Of a stretch of 64,000 bases of DNA, positions 38,638-48,344 are shown piece after piece. The notes beneath the pieces were generated by a model. The model did no database searches. It was given only the letters and a program-made list of their open reading frames with translations, and was not told where the DNA came from. The DNA is from a virus, in the IMG/VR virus record IMGVR_UViG_3300015360_000029, positions 23,460 through 87,459 of that record; one strand, written 5' to 3'. A program made the translations under genes and the position numbers. How positions within the stretch are numbered: position 1 is the stretch's first letter; every line of letters starts with the position of its first letter.

Positions 38638-39423
38638 ATGTCTGACTCAAATACGAACCCCCTTCTTACGAAGCTGAAACTTCCAGGCAGAACATTTCAA
38701 CTCCCGTCACGCGGCGCTCTGTATAAGAATGGCGAACTTGGCAGCGAAGAAGGTGAAATCCACGTTCATTCACTTTCAGCTCTTGCAGAAATTAACCTGA
38801 AAAATCCAGATTTGTTATTCAACGGAAAAGCGATCGAAGCTGTGTTCGCAGAATGTATCCCAGAAATCAAAAAAGGAACGCTACTATACGGTCGTGACAT
38901 CGACGCGATCATGTATTATCTTCGAATCGTTACGTATGGACCGCAGTTCCAGATCAACGTGAAGCATACATGTGATGGAGCGAAAGATCATTCGTATATT
39001 GTCGACCTCGAGCAGAAACTTCAAGAGATGGTATTTCTTGATCCAATGCTTGCTGAAAAGAATTTTGTTGCAACGATGCCAAATGGACAGATCGTAAAGG
39101 TGCACCCGATTCGATTCGAGCATATGATCAAGCTATTCCAGCTGAATGCTGGAAAGCAAGAATTCACTTCTGACGATCAGAAGAAGAACCTCGTGTTCAA
39201 CTTGACAAGCGTAATCGAAGAAATCGACGGTATTACTGATCGCGCTCACATTGAAGAATGGGTGCGAGCTGTAAGCTCGCCATATCACAATCGAATTACT
39301 GAAGCGATTGAACGTACGAATGAATGGGGTCCTGCATCAACGTCAAAATTGAAGTGCAAGGATTGTGGTGAAATTATTGAAGTAGAACTTCCGCTGAATC
39401 CTATTTCTTTTTTCACAGAATGA
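38638..39423 (+). CDS. gp26: Baseplate hub subunit, gp26-like
   Basis: LPSRG..Y, DIDAIMYYLRIVTYG, C-terminal CKDC...PISFF. Confidence 0.82.
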   Translation: MSDSNTNPLLTKLKLPGRTFQLPSRGALYKNGELGSEEGEIHVHSLSALAEINLKNPDLLFNGKAIEAVFAECIPEIKKGTLLYGRDIDAIMYYLRIVTYGPQFQINVKHTCDGAKDHSYIVDLEQKLQEMVFLDPMLAEKNFVATMPNGQIVKVHPIRFEHMIKLFQLNAGKQEFTSDDQKKNLVFNLTSVIEEIDGITDRAHIEEWVRAVSSPYHNRITEAIERTNEWGPASTSKLKCKDCGEIIEVELPLNPISFFTE

Positions 39424-39644
39424 TCATGAGCGGCGATACAAGCAGGATCGCCGAGATGATCAATTCGATGGCAACAGATGTTCGGAACCTGCTTAAACAA
39501 GCTTTTGAGATCGCGTGGTATTCTAGAGGATCAATCCAATACGAGACAGCTTTAGGAATGTCCCCGCTCGAGCGAGATATTGCAATTACGTTTGTAAATG
39601 ATCGTCTGGAAATGCAGAAAAAGAATCCACACCCTGTGTACTAA
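39420..39644 (+). CDS. Baseplate hub assembly protein, gp51-like
   Basis: YETALGMSPLERDI motif; follows gp26. Confidence 0.6.
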   Translation: MIMSGDTSRIAEMINSMATDVRNLLKQAFEIAWYSRGSIQYETALGMSPLERDIAITFVNDRLEMQKKNPHPVY

Positions 39645-39691
39645 TTGCATAAATAAATCTCAACACTCAGACTCAGACTCGGACTGTACAC

Positions 39692-41344
39692 ATGAAAATT
39701 TATCAAGGGGCAGAACTTTCCCGCGATCCACTGGTGGATATGGAAGCTGCTACAAAACGATACGTTGACAATCAGATCACAGGATCTGCCGTCGTCGGTG
39801 GCTTGTTCTTCACGAACATCACCCCCACTTCTTCTGGCATCGTCGGAAGCAAAGCATATGTATCTGGTACAGTCCCAACGAATACTGTAATTACCGAAGG
39901 AACTGCCGATACCGACAACGTGACAGTCACGTTGTACGCTGAAGGTGGTTCAGCTTTTTTCTCTCCGACAATCACAATTACCACAGTGCCAGCACAAGGT
40001 AGCGGTCCAATCGTTGCTACTCTCACAGTCCCATCGCCTGGCGATCGAGTATTCACTGCAACAGCTGCTCTTACAGGCATCACAGCTGACACAATTGTTT
40101 CGGCTGTTTCAACAACGAACGCAACTGCTTCAGCAACCGTTCGACGTGCTGCAGCTGGCCCAACGATCACTCTGCTGACAATTGGTTCTTTGCCAGGTTC
40201 ACAGACCGAAGTCAAGAGCGGCGACGTGGTGCCTGTTACGGGCACAGTACAGAATACAGCTACGTACTTTGAAATCATTTCAAGTGGCGCTTCCGGATCG
40301 ATCTCGGTTCTTTCACTTGGAGCAGCTAATTCTGGTGGCGCAGGCTTCAAGACTGTCAGCGGCACTTTCGTTGTCAGCGGATTGTCAGGATCACAATCTG
40401 TTAGCGGCCGTGCTCAGAACGCACTTGGTACTTTCGGTTCAACATTACAATCATCGAATTCGATAACGCTGAATCAAACATTCCCATCAATCGGCGCTCG
40501 CACGATCACGTACCCAGCAACTCAGTCTGGTCTGAAGAATACAGAAACGGCAACAATCGCATCAACTGTTACGAATTTCGACACGATCGTATATGCTGGA
40601 ACTGGAATTATTGTTTCAGCCTCGACAACTTACGGTGCTACAAAAACGGTAACGCTGAACTCCACTGGATACGTGTTCGGGACGAACAACTACACGATCA
40701 CAGCCACTAAAGCTTCGAACGGTGCGGTTTCAACAGCTTCTTCAGCAATCACTATTGCAACGACAGCCCCAACAGCCGCCATTACGTACACGCCGGCTGG
40801 CCGGATGGCTTCTTCAGCAGCAGGCGTGAGTCACACTGTCACTATCACTGCATCCCAACGTCTGAATGTCGCACCTTCAATGGTCGCTTCGTCTGGCACT
40901 TGGCAGGGTTCATGGACTCAAGGCGCGAACTCGTCTATCTGGACGCGCGTTCTGTTGATCGCCGATTCTGCTCCAAAGGGTTCGCAAACATTCAACACGT
41001 TGTCATTGACGAACTTGGCGAACGTTGCTGGTTCAACTATCACTTCAGGTTCTGCTTACACAGTCGGTGGCTTTGTTTCGCGCACGATCACGTTCCCGGC
41101 ATTCGCACGGTTCACAGCGATTGGAACGAACATTGTTGACATCACGAAAGTTACAGCCTCGTACACAGGCGGTTCAGTCTTGTCTCGACAGACATCTACA
41201 GTAGATGTGTTCCAAGGGTTCACGATCGTAGACATCAACGGGGATTACAGCGCAACCGGTGCGTATCTCTTCATTTCTGACTCGGCATTCGCTGGCTCGA
41301 ATACTTCAGGCACATTACAGCTTGACATCGCGGAGGCTGCATAA
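39692..41344 (+). CDS. Thr/Ser-rich virion protein with Ig-like beta domains
   Basis: AATKRYVD fibre motif; beta-rich repeats; late promoter at 39649-39655. Confidence 0.7.
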   Translation: MKIYQGAELSRDPLVDMEAATKRYVDNQITGSAVVGGLFFTNITPTSSGIVGSKAYVSGTVPTNTVITEGTADTDNVTVTLYAEGGSAFFSPTITITTVPAQGSGPIVATLTVPSPGDRVFTATAALTGITADTIVSAVSTTNATASATVRRAAAGPTITLLTIGSLPGSQTEVKSGDVVPVTGTVQNTATYFEIISSGASGSISVLSLGAANSGGAGFKTVSGTFVVSGLSGSQSVSGRAQNALGTFGSTLQSSNSITLNQTFPSIGARTITYPATQSGLKNTETATIASTVTNFDTIVYAGTGIIVSASTTYGATKTVTLNSTGYVFGTNNYTITATKASNGAVSTASSAITIATTAPTAAITYTPAGRMASSAAGVSHTVTITASQRLNVAPSMVASSGTWQGSWTQGANSSIWTRVLLIADSAPKGSQTFNTLSLTNLANVAGSTITSGSAYTVGGFVSRTITFPAFARFTAIGTNIVDITKVTASYTGGSVLSRQTSTVDVFQGFTIVDINGDYSATGAYLFISDSAFAGSNTSGTLQLDIAEAA

Positions 41345-41766
41345 TGAGCGCTTTTGAGGACTTCGTCCAAACAGAACTTCCAAAGCGTCCGTATCTGAAT
41401 GCTGACGTAAGTCAGGAAACGATGATCATCAGGCGCGGTGCTGGTCCGCGCCAACTAGCTGCGATCACTTTCACAGAAGGTCAGATCCTTGTGATGAGTT
41501 CAGGTGTTTTGACACCTATGACCCTTTCGCAGATCGCAGGGATGTTCGGTGGCGGACTCAGAAGCTATGTACTCGCAGTTCCAATCGCTTCACAAACTTG
41601 GACTGTAACACACAATTTGAATTCTGAGAACGTGATCGTTCAAGCATTCGATGAAAGCAAATTCGTTGTGTTCCCGAATACAATCCAAATTGTAAGTGCA
41701 AACGTTGTTCAACTGACATTCAACACTGCGCAAGCCGGCGTGGCACGAGTCGTCTTCCTCGATTAA
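41344..41766 (+). CDS. Virion structural protein
   Basis: WTVTHNLNS..VIVQ..D C-terminal domain resembles that of 27763..28632. Confidence 0.65.
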   Translation: MSAFEDFVQTELPKRPYLNADVSQETMIIRRGAGPRQLAAITFTEGQILVMSSGVLTPMTLSQIAGMFGGGLRSYVLAVPIASQTWTVTHNLNSENVIVQAFDESKFVVFPNTIQIVSANVVQLTFNTAQAGVARVVFLD

Positions 41767-41775
41767 GGGAACTTT

Positions 41776-42264
41776 ATGTCACATCTTCTCAAATCGATGC
41801 TTCAAGACATCATCAATGATCGTCACGAGCAAGCTGCTGTTACGATGCACGAGTACTTCGTTGCGAAGACACGTGAAGTTACTGGTCTTGTTGAAGCTGA
41901 ACTATCCGAAGACGAAGTCGAAGACATTCTTGAATCGGCTGAAGATGAAGAACTTGACGAAGCACTTCGAGCTGGATTTGCAGGAGCAAGAAATTCAAGC
42001 GGCGAAAGAGAGATCGCATTGCCTGTTGGCACTGCTGAGCGTCAAAAACTTGCTAAACAAATCAAAGACAACCGTTCTGACAACAGAGATCCGAACTCCC
42101 GCGGTGCAGCAAATGATGCACAAAAAATGGAGCGTGAACCAGGAGAATCCGCTGGTGACTTCATGAAGCGAAAAGCTGCACTTTTGGCGAAGCGACATGG
42201 TGCAGCATCAGGAATGCAACGAGATTCTGGCGGCATCAGAGCAGATCTACGTCAGCATCCTTGA
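41776..42264 (+). CDS. Prohead-core-like paralog 3 (MLQDIINDR module plus charged cargo)
   Basis: N-terminus nearly identical to 13670..14038. Confidence 0.75.
   Translation: MSHLLKSMLQDIINDRHEQAAVTMHEYFVAKTREVTGLVEAELSEDEVEDILESAEDEELDEALRAGFAGARNSSGEREIALPVGTAERQKLAKQIKDNRSDNRDPNSRGAANDAQKMEREPGESAGDFMKRKAALLAKRHGAASGMQRDSGGIRADLRQHP
41797..41896 (+). repeat. 5' cassette repeat copy B (100 bp)
   Basis: 97/100 identical to the reverse complement of 13912-14011. Confidence 0.92.
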
Positions 42265-42289
42265 TGCTCAATAAATCGTTCTGTCCATG

Positions 42290-42344
42290 AAACAACAATG
42301 GGAGCCAATTGGCTCCCATTCCTTATTCAGCACCTAATGCTGTA
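42290..42344. repeat. 3' cassette repeat copy B with terminator hairpin
   Basis: AATGGGAGCCAATTGGCTCCCATTCCTTATTCAGCACCTAATGCTGTA; inverted copy of 13617-13670. Confidence 0.9.
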
Positions 42345-42890
42345 TTATGCGCGCATAATGAATTCAGCGCACTTGTCCATCAAGATACCTCGACCAGGTG
42401 TTTCAAGACTTGGTGTGTCGCGGTCGTCGCGGAACAGCACTTGATGATTCGGTCCGTACTTCAAGTACTCGTCGATGCCAGCATTGAACTGCTCGATCGT
42501 CAAGCTGATCCGATCGTCGATGAACTCGGTCTGGATATGCGGACGAGTGACGAACACTTCCATCACATCGAACCGCCGCTTGAACTCAGCGTAATACTGG
42601 CGCGATAGTGCGACGTCCTCGCCTCGAAGAACTTTGTCGTACACGAGGTTCGAGACGATAAATCGATCGAGCAAGTACGTCTTGGTTTTGTCGAGCAAGT
42701 CGAACATCGTGAACAGAATCTCGAAGTCCTTTTCGGTGTTCATTCGAAGCAACGTGCCGGATGGCATTGTCTTCGGGAACTTTACTTCGACTGCACGCGG
42801 CCACAAGTCACGAGCTAAGTCTTTCAGCATCGTCGACTTCCCGCAGTTGTCCATGCCGTCGAACACGATGAACTTAGTTTTGACGGACAC
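42345..42890 (-). CDS. dNMP (thymidylate-kinase-like) kinase
   Basis: P-loop FDGMDNCGKST and LLDRFIVSNLVY; probable GTG start at 42890 after GGGAG. Confidence 0.85.
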   Translation of the reverse strand: MSVKTKFIVFDGMDNCGKSTMLKDLARDLWPRAVEVKFPKTMPSGTLLRMNTEKDFEILFTMFDLLDKTKTYLLDRFIVSNLVYDKVLRGEDVALSRQYYAEFKRRFDVMEVFVTRPHIQTEFIDDRISLTIEQFNAGIDEYLKYGPNHQVLFRDDRDTPSLETPGRGILMDKCAEFIMRA

Positions 42891-43920
42891 TGATGAACTC
42901 CCTGTTGTAGTACGAATCGTTCTCAAGGGCGCGATACACGAACTGCCGAACTTGAGTGTCTATGACATTATAACTCAAGTCTTCAATGGCCTTACGAAGC
43001 CATCTTAGGTCTGGGATCGTGTTCTCATTGTCGTAGATCTTCGAGGTGTACGTAATGACTGGGCAGCGATAATGAAAGAACTCGATCGTGCCTGGGTGAA
43101 GAACGGTATCCATGTCATCAAGCATCACGATCAGCGGACGCGCAGCCAACATCTGATAGTACTCACTCTTTGACAGCTTCTTCGACATCACGAACGACTT
43201 GTCGCACTCGAGAGTATCGTTCGGGTCAGTGCAAAAGATCAAGTATCCTTCATCATGAAGACCTTGCGCTTCGAACGCTTCGAGGAACTGTTCCCACTGG
43301 TACGCTTTGTCGGAGATTCGAAACGGCCAGAACACCAGCTTTTCGGCCTTGTTCGTCTTGTCGAACTTCGGGAGAAGCGATTCATGAGCGCACTTCGAAT
43401 TGACGATCACCTTGTCGAGCAGATCAGGCCGAACTTCCAGAATGTATTCGCGCTGTCGCGGGTTCAGCACGGTTGTGAACAAGCTTTGCTCGATCGACTT
43501 CAGGTCTTGCTCGAAGAACTTGTCGATGTACGGACGATCAAGTTCTGGAAGTTTCGTGATGTTGAAGTTGTACACCACTGGCAATTGACCAGTGTACCCA
43601 GTCACATCTGAGATTACGATGTCGAACCACGACTCAGCGAAGTCCATCTCGGTCGAGTTCTTCGACCAGAACTGCTCACGAGTCTGAACCGCGTTCAAAC
43701 CGTAATCCATCTCCTTGAATTGAATGTGCGAGCGACCCTCGAACTTCAACTTCAGTTCGTCGAGATCCGATGAGTCTCGTGGGACCGCGATCGAGATCTG
43801 GTCGAAGTCAGATGCGAGGACACGAGCCATCGCGAGCTGAAAGTTCCCGTCCTTCAGGATCGAGTACTTCCCAGTATCGTAAGACCGCATCGAGAAAATC
43901 GGAATCCAGAGAACTCTCAT
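42874..43920 (-). CDS. Glycosyltransferase (GT-B-like), putative DNA/nucleotide modifier
   Basis: MRVLWIP N-terminus, VFWPFRISDK, LSKSEYYQMLA, GTIEFF...PVI. Confidence 0.65.
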   Translation of the reverse strand: MRVLWIPIFSMRSYDTGKYSILKDGNFQLAMARVLASDFDQISIAVPRDSSDLDELKLKFEGRSHIQFKEMDYGLNAVQTREQFWSKNSTEMDFAESWFDIVISDVTGYTGQLPVVYNFNITKLPELDRPYIDKFFEQDLKSIEQSLFTTVLNPRQREYILEVRPDLLDKVIVNSKCAHESLLPKFDKTNKAEKLVFWPFRISDKAYQWEQFLEAFEAQGLHDEGYLIFCTDPNDTLECDKSFVMSKKLSKSEYYQMLAARPLIVMLDDMDTVLHPGTIEFFHYRCPVITYTSKIYDNENTIPDLRWLRKAIEDLSYNVIDTQVRQFVYRALENDSYYNREFISVRQN

Positions 43921-44618
43921 TGCAGGAACTCGCTGATGTACTTGAAGTCACGTTCGAAGACATGCCCGTTGTGCATCGTCACGTGGTATTCTGTGTTTTC
44001 GTGAGCGATGCCGAGTTCATCGGCGATCTTGTGAAGCAACTTGATCTGAAGATAGATGTCAAGCTGAAGAACAACGGCGATGTTCTGCGAACGCATCGTC
44101 GTGCTCATGATCAACTTCCCGCTGCGAATCTGGAAGTTGAACGAGATCGTGCACGGGAACTCGAGCGTCTCGTCCTTGTCCAGAAGCTGAAGGTCGTTCG
44201 CATCGAGGATCATCATCGTCGCACGACGGGTCGTCGGCGTTCGCTTCAGCTCAGCGACGATCGAATCGTATTGCTTCGCGATCCGCGGACCGTAGAACGT
44301 GTTGAAGTTCGCTGGGAGCGCATCGCTCTTCGGCTTCGTCAGGAACTTCGCAACACCAGGATAGTCCTTCAGCGCTTCTTGCGCATCAGTCCCGCCGGAG
44401 ATCATGAACTGCCAGAACGTCTCAGCGTAATCGTATCCGATTCGATTGATTCGAGGATCTGTGAACTTGTAGTCTAGCGTCGAAGTGGAGCTAGCTTGAA
44501 CGTCGATCAGTTCGCGAGCCTTTCCGATTCGAGTGTCAGATTCATGATCCGGATGATTCATCGCAAGCTCGTTCAACAGCTTGAACAGCTGCTCCATTGA
44601 CTTCGTTTCGATTCTCAT
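43917..44618 (-). CDS. Thymidylate-synthase-fold dCMP-modifying enzyme
   Basis: YGPRI, TRRA, catalytic FPCT, MRSQN...LDI with Asp at the TS Asn177-equivalent position. Confidence 0.85.
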   Translation of the reverse strand: MRIETKSMEQLFKLLNELAMNHPDHESDTRIGKARELIDVQASSTSTLDYKFTDPRINRIGYDYAETFWQFMISGGTDAQEALKDYPGVAKFLTKPKSDALPANFNTFYGPRIAKQYDSIVAELKRTPTTRRATMMILDANDLQLLDKDETLEFPCTISFNFQIRSGKLIMSTTMRSQNIAVVLQLDIYLQIKLLHKIADELGIAHENTEYHVTMHNGHVFERDFKYISEFLQ

Positions 44619-44627
44619 TTGTTCTCC

Positions 44628-45131
44628 TTAGATTTCTTGACCAGCGCGGAATGCGAGATCGAGGTACGCTTCAGCTAGTTCAGGCGAGAGGCGGGGTCCA
44701 ACGTTGTCGAACACATAGAACGTTGAGCGAAGACCACAGTACGTCATCGCTTCGGACATGTTCTTCGTGTTGTATTCCTTTTGCTGTCCCATACTCAAAA
44801 GACAGGTCGCATCCTTCCAGAACTTAGGCTTCATTTTATCTCCTTCAAGATCGAACGCGAACCCCTTGACGAAGTTCGTTTGGAGATAATTCACGAGGAT
44901 CGCTGGTGGCATCTCCCACCATACTGGGTACGCGAAGCTGATGTGATCAGCATTCAAAATTAAACCTTGATGATCAAGTGTGGAAGTTTCTGGATTGTAC
45001 AGGTTGTACGAGAAAACAGTATGCCCAGCATAGTGTGCGCCGCCTCTGAACTTTGTGGCGAGCCGTCCTATGAATGAAGATTGAGACAAGTCTGGGTGAG
45101 CAAAGATTTGAAGTACGTTCATACAGTCCAA
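44628..45131 (-). CDS. Flavodoxin-like NAD(P)H-dependent oxidoreductase (Flavodoxin_2/MdaB-KefF type)
   Basis: IFAHP...S, ADHISFAYPVWWEMPPAIL, GFAF. Confidence 0.85.
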   Translation of the reverse strand: MDCMNVLQIFAHPDLSQSSFIGRLATKFRGGAHYAGHTVFSYNLYNPETSTLDHQGLILNADHISFAYPVWWEMPPAILVNYLQTNFVKGFAFDLEGDKMKPKFWKDATCLLSMGQQKEYNTKNMSEAMTYCGLRSTFYVFDNVGPRLSPELAEAYLDLAFRAGQEI

Positions 45132-45291
45132 TAAATAACAGTAAGATTGATTGTAACAAACCCTTTGGGTTTGGCAACCTAAGTTCAGGATCTGTTCGAC
45201 CTCTTTTCAAGATACACCCTGAAATCGAGTCTGCTCGATAAATAGATCATACGCACTAGCTCCAGACATTGAGCTCACAGGAGAGAAAACA

Positions 45292-45885
45292 ATGGCAACA
45301 CTCAGTAACTTCGGCATCCCAGGTGCCGGTGCAGGTATTCTGCATCCACGCCTGAAGAACAAGTTCCGTATCACGTTCTTGAACATGGGCCAACTTGTCC
45401 CGGGTACGAACTCGCGGAATCTCACTATGCAGGTTACGAATATCACTCTCCCGAATTTGACATTCGAAGAAGTTATTCTACATCGATATAACTCGACGGC
45501 TTACGTTGCTGGGAAGCACTCGTGGGAACCAATCAGCGTCACAGTTGAAGACGACATCACAGGTCTCGCGGCTACAGTTGTCAAGGGTCAACTTGAAACT
45601 CAGCAGCGCATCATTGGTTCCGATCTCGATGGTCGTTGGTTGAACACAGCCGCGACTGGTTCGGACTACAAGTTCGGTGTGAAGATCGACCAGCTTGACG
45701 GTGACGAAGGCGTCGTTCAGACTTGGATCCTCGAAGGTGCAATGATGACTTCTGCTGACTTTGGCGATCGTGACTATTCGGCTTCAGAAGCAGCAACGAT
45801 CACAATGAACATCCGGTACGACCACGCCCGCCATATCGAGTCTGGTTCTGGATACGGTACAGCTCTGGGCGGTAACGTAGCTTGA
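45292..45885 (+). CDS. gp19: Tail tube protein
   Basis: PRLKNKFRITF, YVAGKHSWEPISVTVEDD, YKF, W.LEG, IRYDHA; late promoter at 45238-45244. Confidence 0.92.
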   Translation: MATLSNFGIPGAGAGILHPRLKNKFRITFLNMGQLVPGTNSRNLTMQVTNITLPNLTFEEVILHRYNSTAYVAGKHSWEPISVTVEDDITGLAATVVKGQLETQQRIIGSDLDGRWLNTAATGSDYKFGVKIDQLDGDEGVVQTWILEGAMMTSADFGDRDYSASEAATITMNIRYDHARHIESGSGYGTALGGNVA

Positions 45886-45893
45886 AAGACCTA

Positions 45894-45923
45894 AGAATGC
45901 TATTGCCAAGGCAATAGCATTCT
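45894..45923. terminator. Perfect 14-bp inverted repeat after the tube gene
   Basis: AGAATGCTATTGCC-AA-GGCAATAGCATTCT; no U-tract. Confidence 0.5.
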
Positions 45924-46036
45924 AGCTGGCAATCAATTGCCATCTTCTAGATCTGAACTACAAGAATCCAGCACTATAGCATTGGCTAAGACTTCTGCGA
46001 GCTCGTAAATAGATTCATCAAAGTAATCGAGCCCTT

Positions 46037-47422
46037 ATGCCATTTTCAGTTAAAAGCCTTCTTAATGAATCCAAGATCTCGCTTGAGAAAGCTGCGACTG
46101 ATAAGTTCGGGTCTGTGGTTGAAGACTTTACAAAGAATGCGATTGGTTCAATATTTCCGTCGAGTTCACAATCGAAGCCGGCCTCGGCATACGATGGATC
46201 GTGGTACGCAACTTCGTATGCAGCACACCTTGCCGGTGCGACAAGTTTCAGACCAAAGCTCAAATTTCTTTTCAAAGTTCAATTTATCTTCACAGAAGAA
46301 GCTAAGAGGATGTATCCTAAAGCACTCGGAAATACGGCACTTTCGAATCAATTCGTATTCATGATAAAGACTGTTGATCGGCCGAAAGTCGATTTTGAGT
46401 ACGAAGAAGATGTGAACATGTACAACTTCAGGACAAAAGTCTTGAAGAAGATTCGACATCGCGATCTTACCATATCATTCATGGATGACAGCGGAAATAG
46501 AGTATTTGAATTCTTTCGGTCATTGATGATGGTTCACTCCCCGATTACACGAACGCAAATGGATCGTGACAATACATTGAAGAACCCATCAACCGGCCTT
46601 CAAAAGCTCTCGACAAGCTCTGGAATGTCATTCGCAGGGAATCAAACTGATAGCGCGCACCGCGCCGTCGTGAACTCATCATTTGGAAATTCTATTGAAG
46701 CTATTCGAGTTCAACAAATTTTCGTTGATTCATCGGAATCTCTTGATCGCGCGACGAAGATGGTGTCATTCGATTTCATCAATCCGCGTATTGTCTCATT
46801 TGATCTTGACGAACTTAGCCATGAAGCAAATGACGTGAATCTGCTTACGATGGTATTCGACTATGATTGGATGGAAATGGTCGATGTCGGCGTACTTGGC
46901 ACAGCACAAACGCAATATGGTTCGGATGTTCCGGTGCTCCCGCCAGCAAAGAATATCACACAGTACGCACCATCAGACATCACACCGAACAAGCCAAACG
47001 GCGTTTCAGAGAGCGCAGCAGGAAACGGAGCTGGACCACCTGGATTCTTTGGTGCTCTTGCAAATTCAGCAGCAAGTATCCTTGGACGAGGTGCTTCTAA
47101 GCTTACATCTGATTTGATTGGCAGATCAGTACGAACTATTGCTGGAAACGGTAGATTCGCAACAGCACTTGGCGGCATTGTTTCGAGCAACCTTTCAGGC
47201 CCTATTGGCGGAATCGTTTCAGGTGCTGCCAGGGAACAACTTTCGGGTATTGCCGGAACTGCGAGCAACATACTGAGTGGCACTAATGCACGTGCATTAG
47301 CACGTGCTGTTGGCGATGCTTCAACGGCAGGATTCGATGAAGCAAAATCTATTGTGTCATCTTCTTCGGCTTCAGCTGCTTCGAATCCTGCGATTGACAA
47401 TCGACCAAGAGGCGGAACATAA
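46037..47422 (+). CDS. Tail-tube-fold baseplate initiator (gp54/gp48-like)
   Basis: PKLKFLFKVQF, IKTVDRPK, NMYN, ISFMDD, FDYD parallel the gp19 fold. Confidence 0.75.
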   Translation: MPFSVKSLLNESKISLEKAATDKFGSVVEDFTKNAIGSIFPSSSQSKPASAYDGSWYATSYAAHLAGATSFRPKLKFLFKVQFIFTEEAKRMYPKALGNTALSNQFVFMIKTVDRPKVDFEYEEDVNMYNFRTKVLKKIRHRDLTISFMDDSGNRVFEFFRSLMMVHSPITRTQMDRDNTLKNPSTGLQKLSTSSGMSFAGNQTDSAHRAVVNSSFGNSIEAIRVQQIFVDSSESLDRATKMVSFDFINPRIVSFDLDELSHEANDVNLLTMVFDYDWMEMVDVGVLGTAQTQYGSDVPVLPPAKNITQYAPSDITPNKPNGVSESAAGNGAGPPGFFGALANSAASILGRGASKLTSDLIGRSVRTIAGNGRFATALGGIVSSNLSGPIGGIVSGAAREQLSGIAGTASNILSGTNARALARAVGDASTAGFDEAKSIVSSSSASAASNPAIDNRPRGGT

Positions 47423-47877
47423 TGGCTGCGGCTTCAGGTCGATTCGTTCCAAAGAATCCGGCGAAGTATGTTGGGAGGAGCGCTCGTCAAATAATGTTCC
47501 GATCTTCTTGGGAACTCGCATTCATGAAATGGCTTGACACGAACAATGCTGTGTTGCGCTGGGGCTCAGAAGAACTGGCAATTCCTTATGTTCATCCTGT
47601 TGATCAGCGCGTCCATAGATACTTTCCTGACATGGTGATCATGTATCTTGACACAGCTGGCCAAATTCAAAAAGAAATCATTGAAATCAAGCCTTACAAA
47701 GAAAGTGTTGCTACGCCGCGAATGACTGAACGTGATGCGGCGGCCCTCCAAGTCAATCAAGCAAAATGGGAGTACGCAGCTGACTGGGCAACTAGGAACG
47801 GCGCGAAGTTCAGAGTTTTGACAGAGCGCACAATGTTTAAGCAGAAAACAAAGAAAGCAATTGGGAGCGCAGTATGA
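47422..47877 (+). CDS. gp4: Head completion nuclease
   Basis: PKNPAKYVG, FRSSWE, WGSEE..IPY, HRYFPD, IEIKP, VNQAKW, FRVLTE. Confidence 0.93.
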   Translation: MAAASGRFVPKNPAKYVGRSARQIMFRSSWELAFMKWLDTNNAVLRWGSEELAIPYVHPVDQRVHRYFPDMVIMYLDTAGQIQKEIIEIKPYKESVATPRMTERDAAALQVNQAKWEYAADWATRNGAKFRVLTERTMFKQKTKKAIGSAV

Positions 47878-48344
47878 AACCAAATGATCTTTTGAAAACT
47901 AAAATTACGAATCCATTGGATGAACTGTTCAACACACTTCCTAATGATCTCGAAGAAGATGGAGATTACATCCCGATGTCAGAAGGCACACTTGCGTCCC
48001 TTGGACCAGCCGAGCTAGTCGCAGTCGAGAAAGACGAAGAAGACATCGAGATTGATCGGAAGGTAGATGAAGTGTACGGTGCTGCGATCGATGCGTTCAA
48101 TAACCAAACAGCGTACATGGAAGTTATTGAACCTCGTTATGCGGCTAGAAATGCCGAGGTCGCTGCGAACTACTTGAATATCGCGCTAAATGCTGCTTCA
48201 GTTCGCGCGAAAGTGAAGGGCGATCGGAAGAAGAACGCAGCGTTCGTTCCATTCGGCAATAACAAGACGAATGGTGCCGTCGTTGCTTCTCGCGAAGACA
48301 TTATGAAAATGATCGCAGTTGATGCAGAAATGAAAAGAGGATGA
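47874..48344 (+). CDS. gp16: Terminase small subunit
   Basis: EPRYAARNAEVAANYL...K and C-terminal VVASREDIMK pattern. Confidence 0.65.
   Translation: MKPNDLLKTKITNPLDELFNTLPNDLEEDGDYIPMSEGTLASLGPAELVAVEKDEEDIEIDRKVDEVYGAAIDAFNNQTAYMEVIEPRYAARNAEVAANYLNIALNAASVRAKVKGDRKKNAAFVPFGNNKTNGAVVASREDIMKMIAVDAEMKRG

Noticed and set aside
42600-44600. Very frequent TCGA/GATC as a functional signal
   Set aside because: Explicable by ATC/TTC/CTC-GAN codon pairs; enrichment cannot be established without computation
47422-47877. TnsA-like transposase
   Set aside because: Motifs and context match the T4 gp4 head completion nuclease; no transposon ends or partner genes
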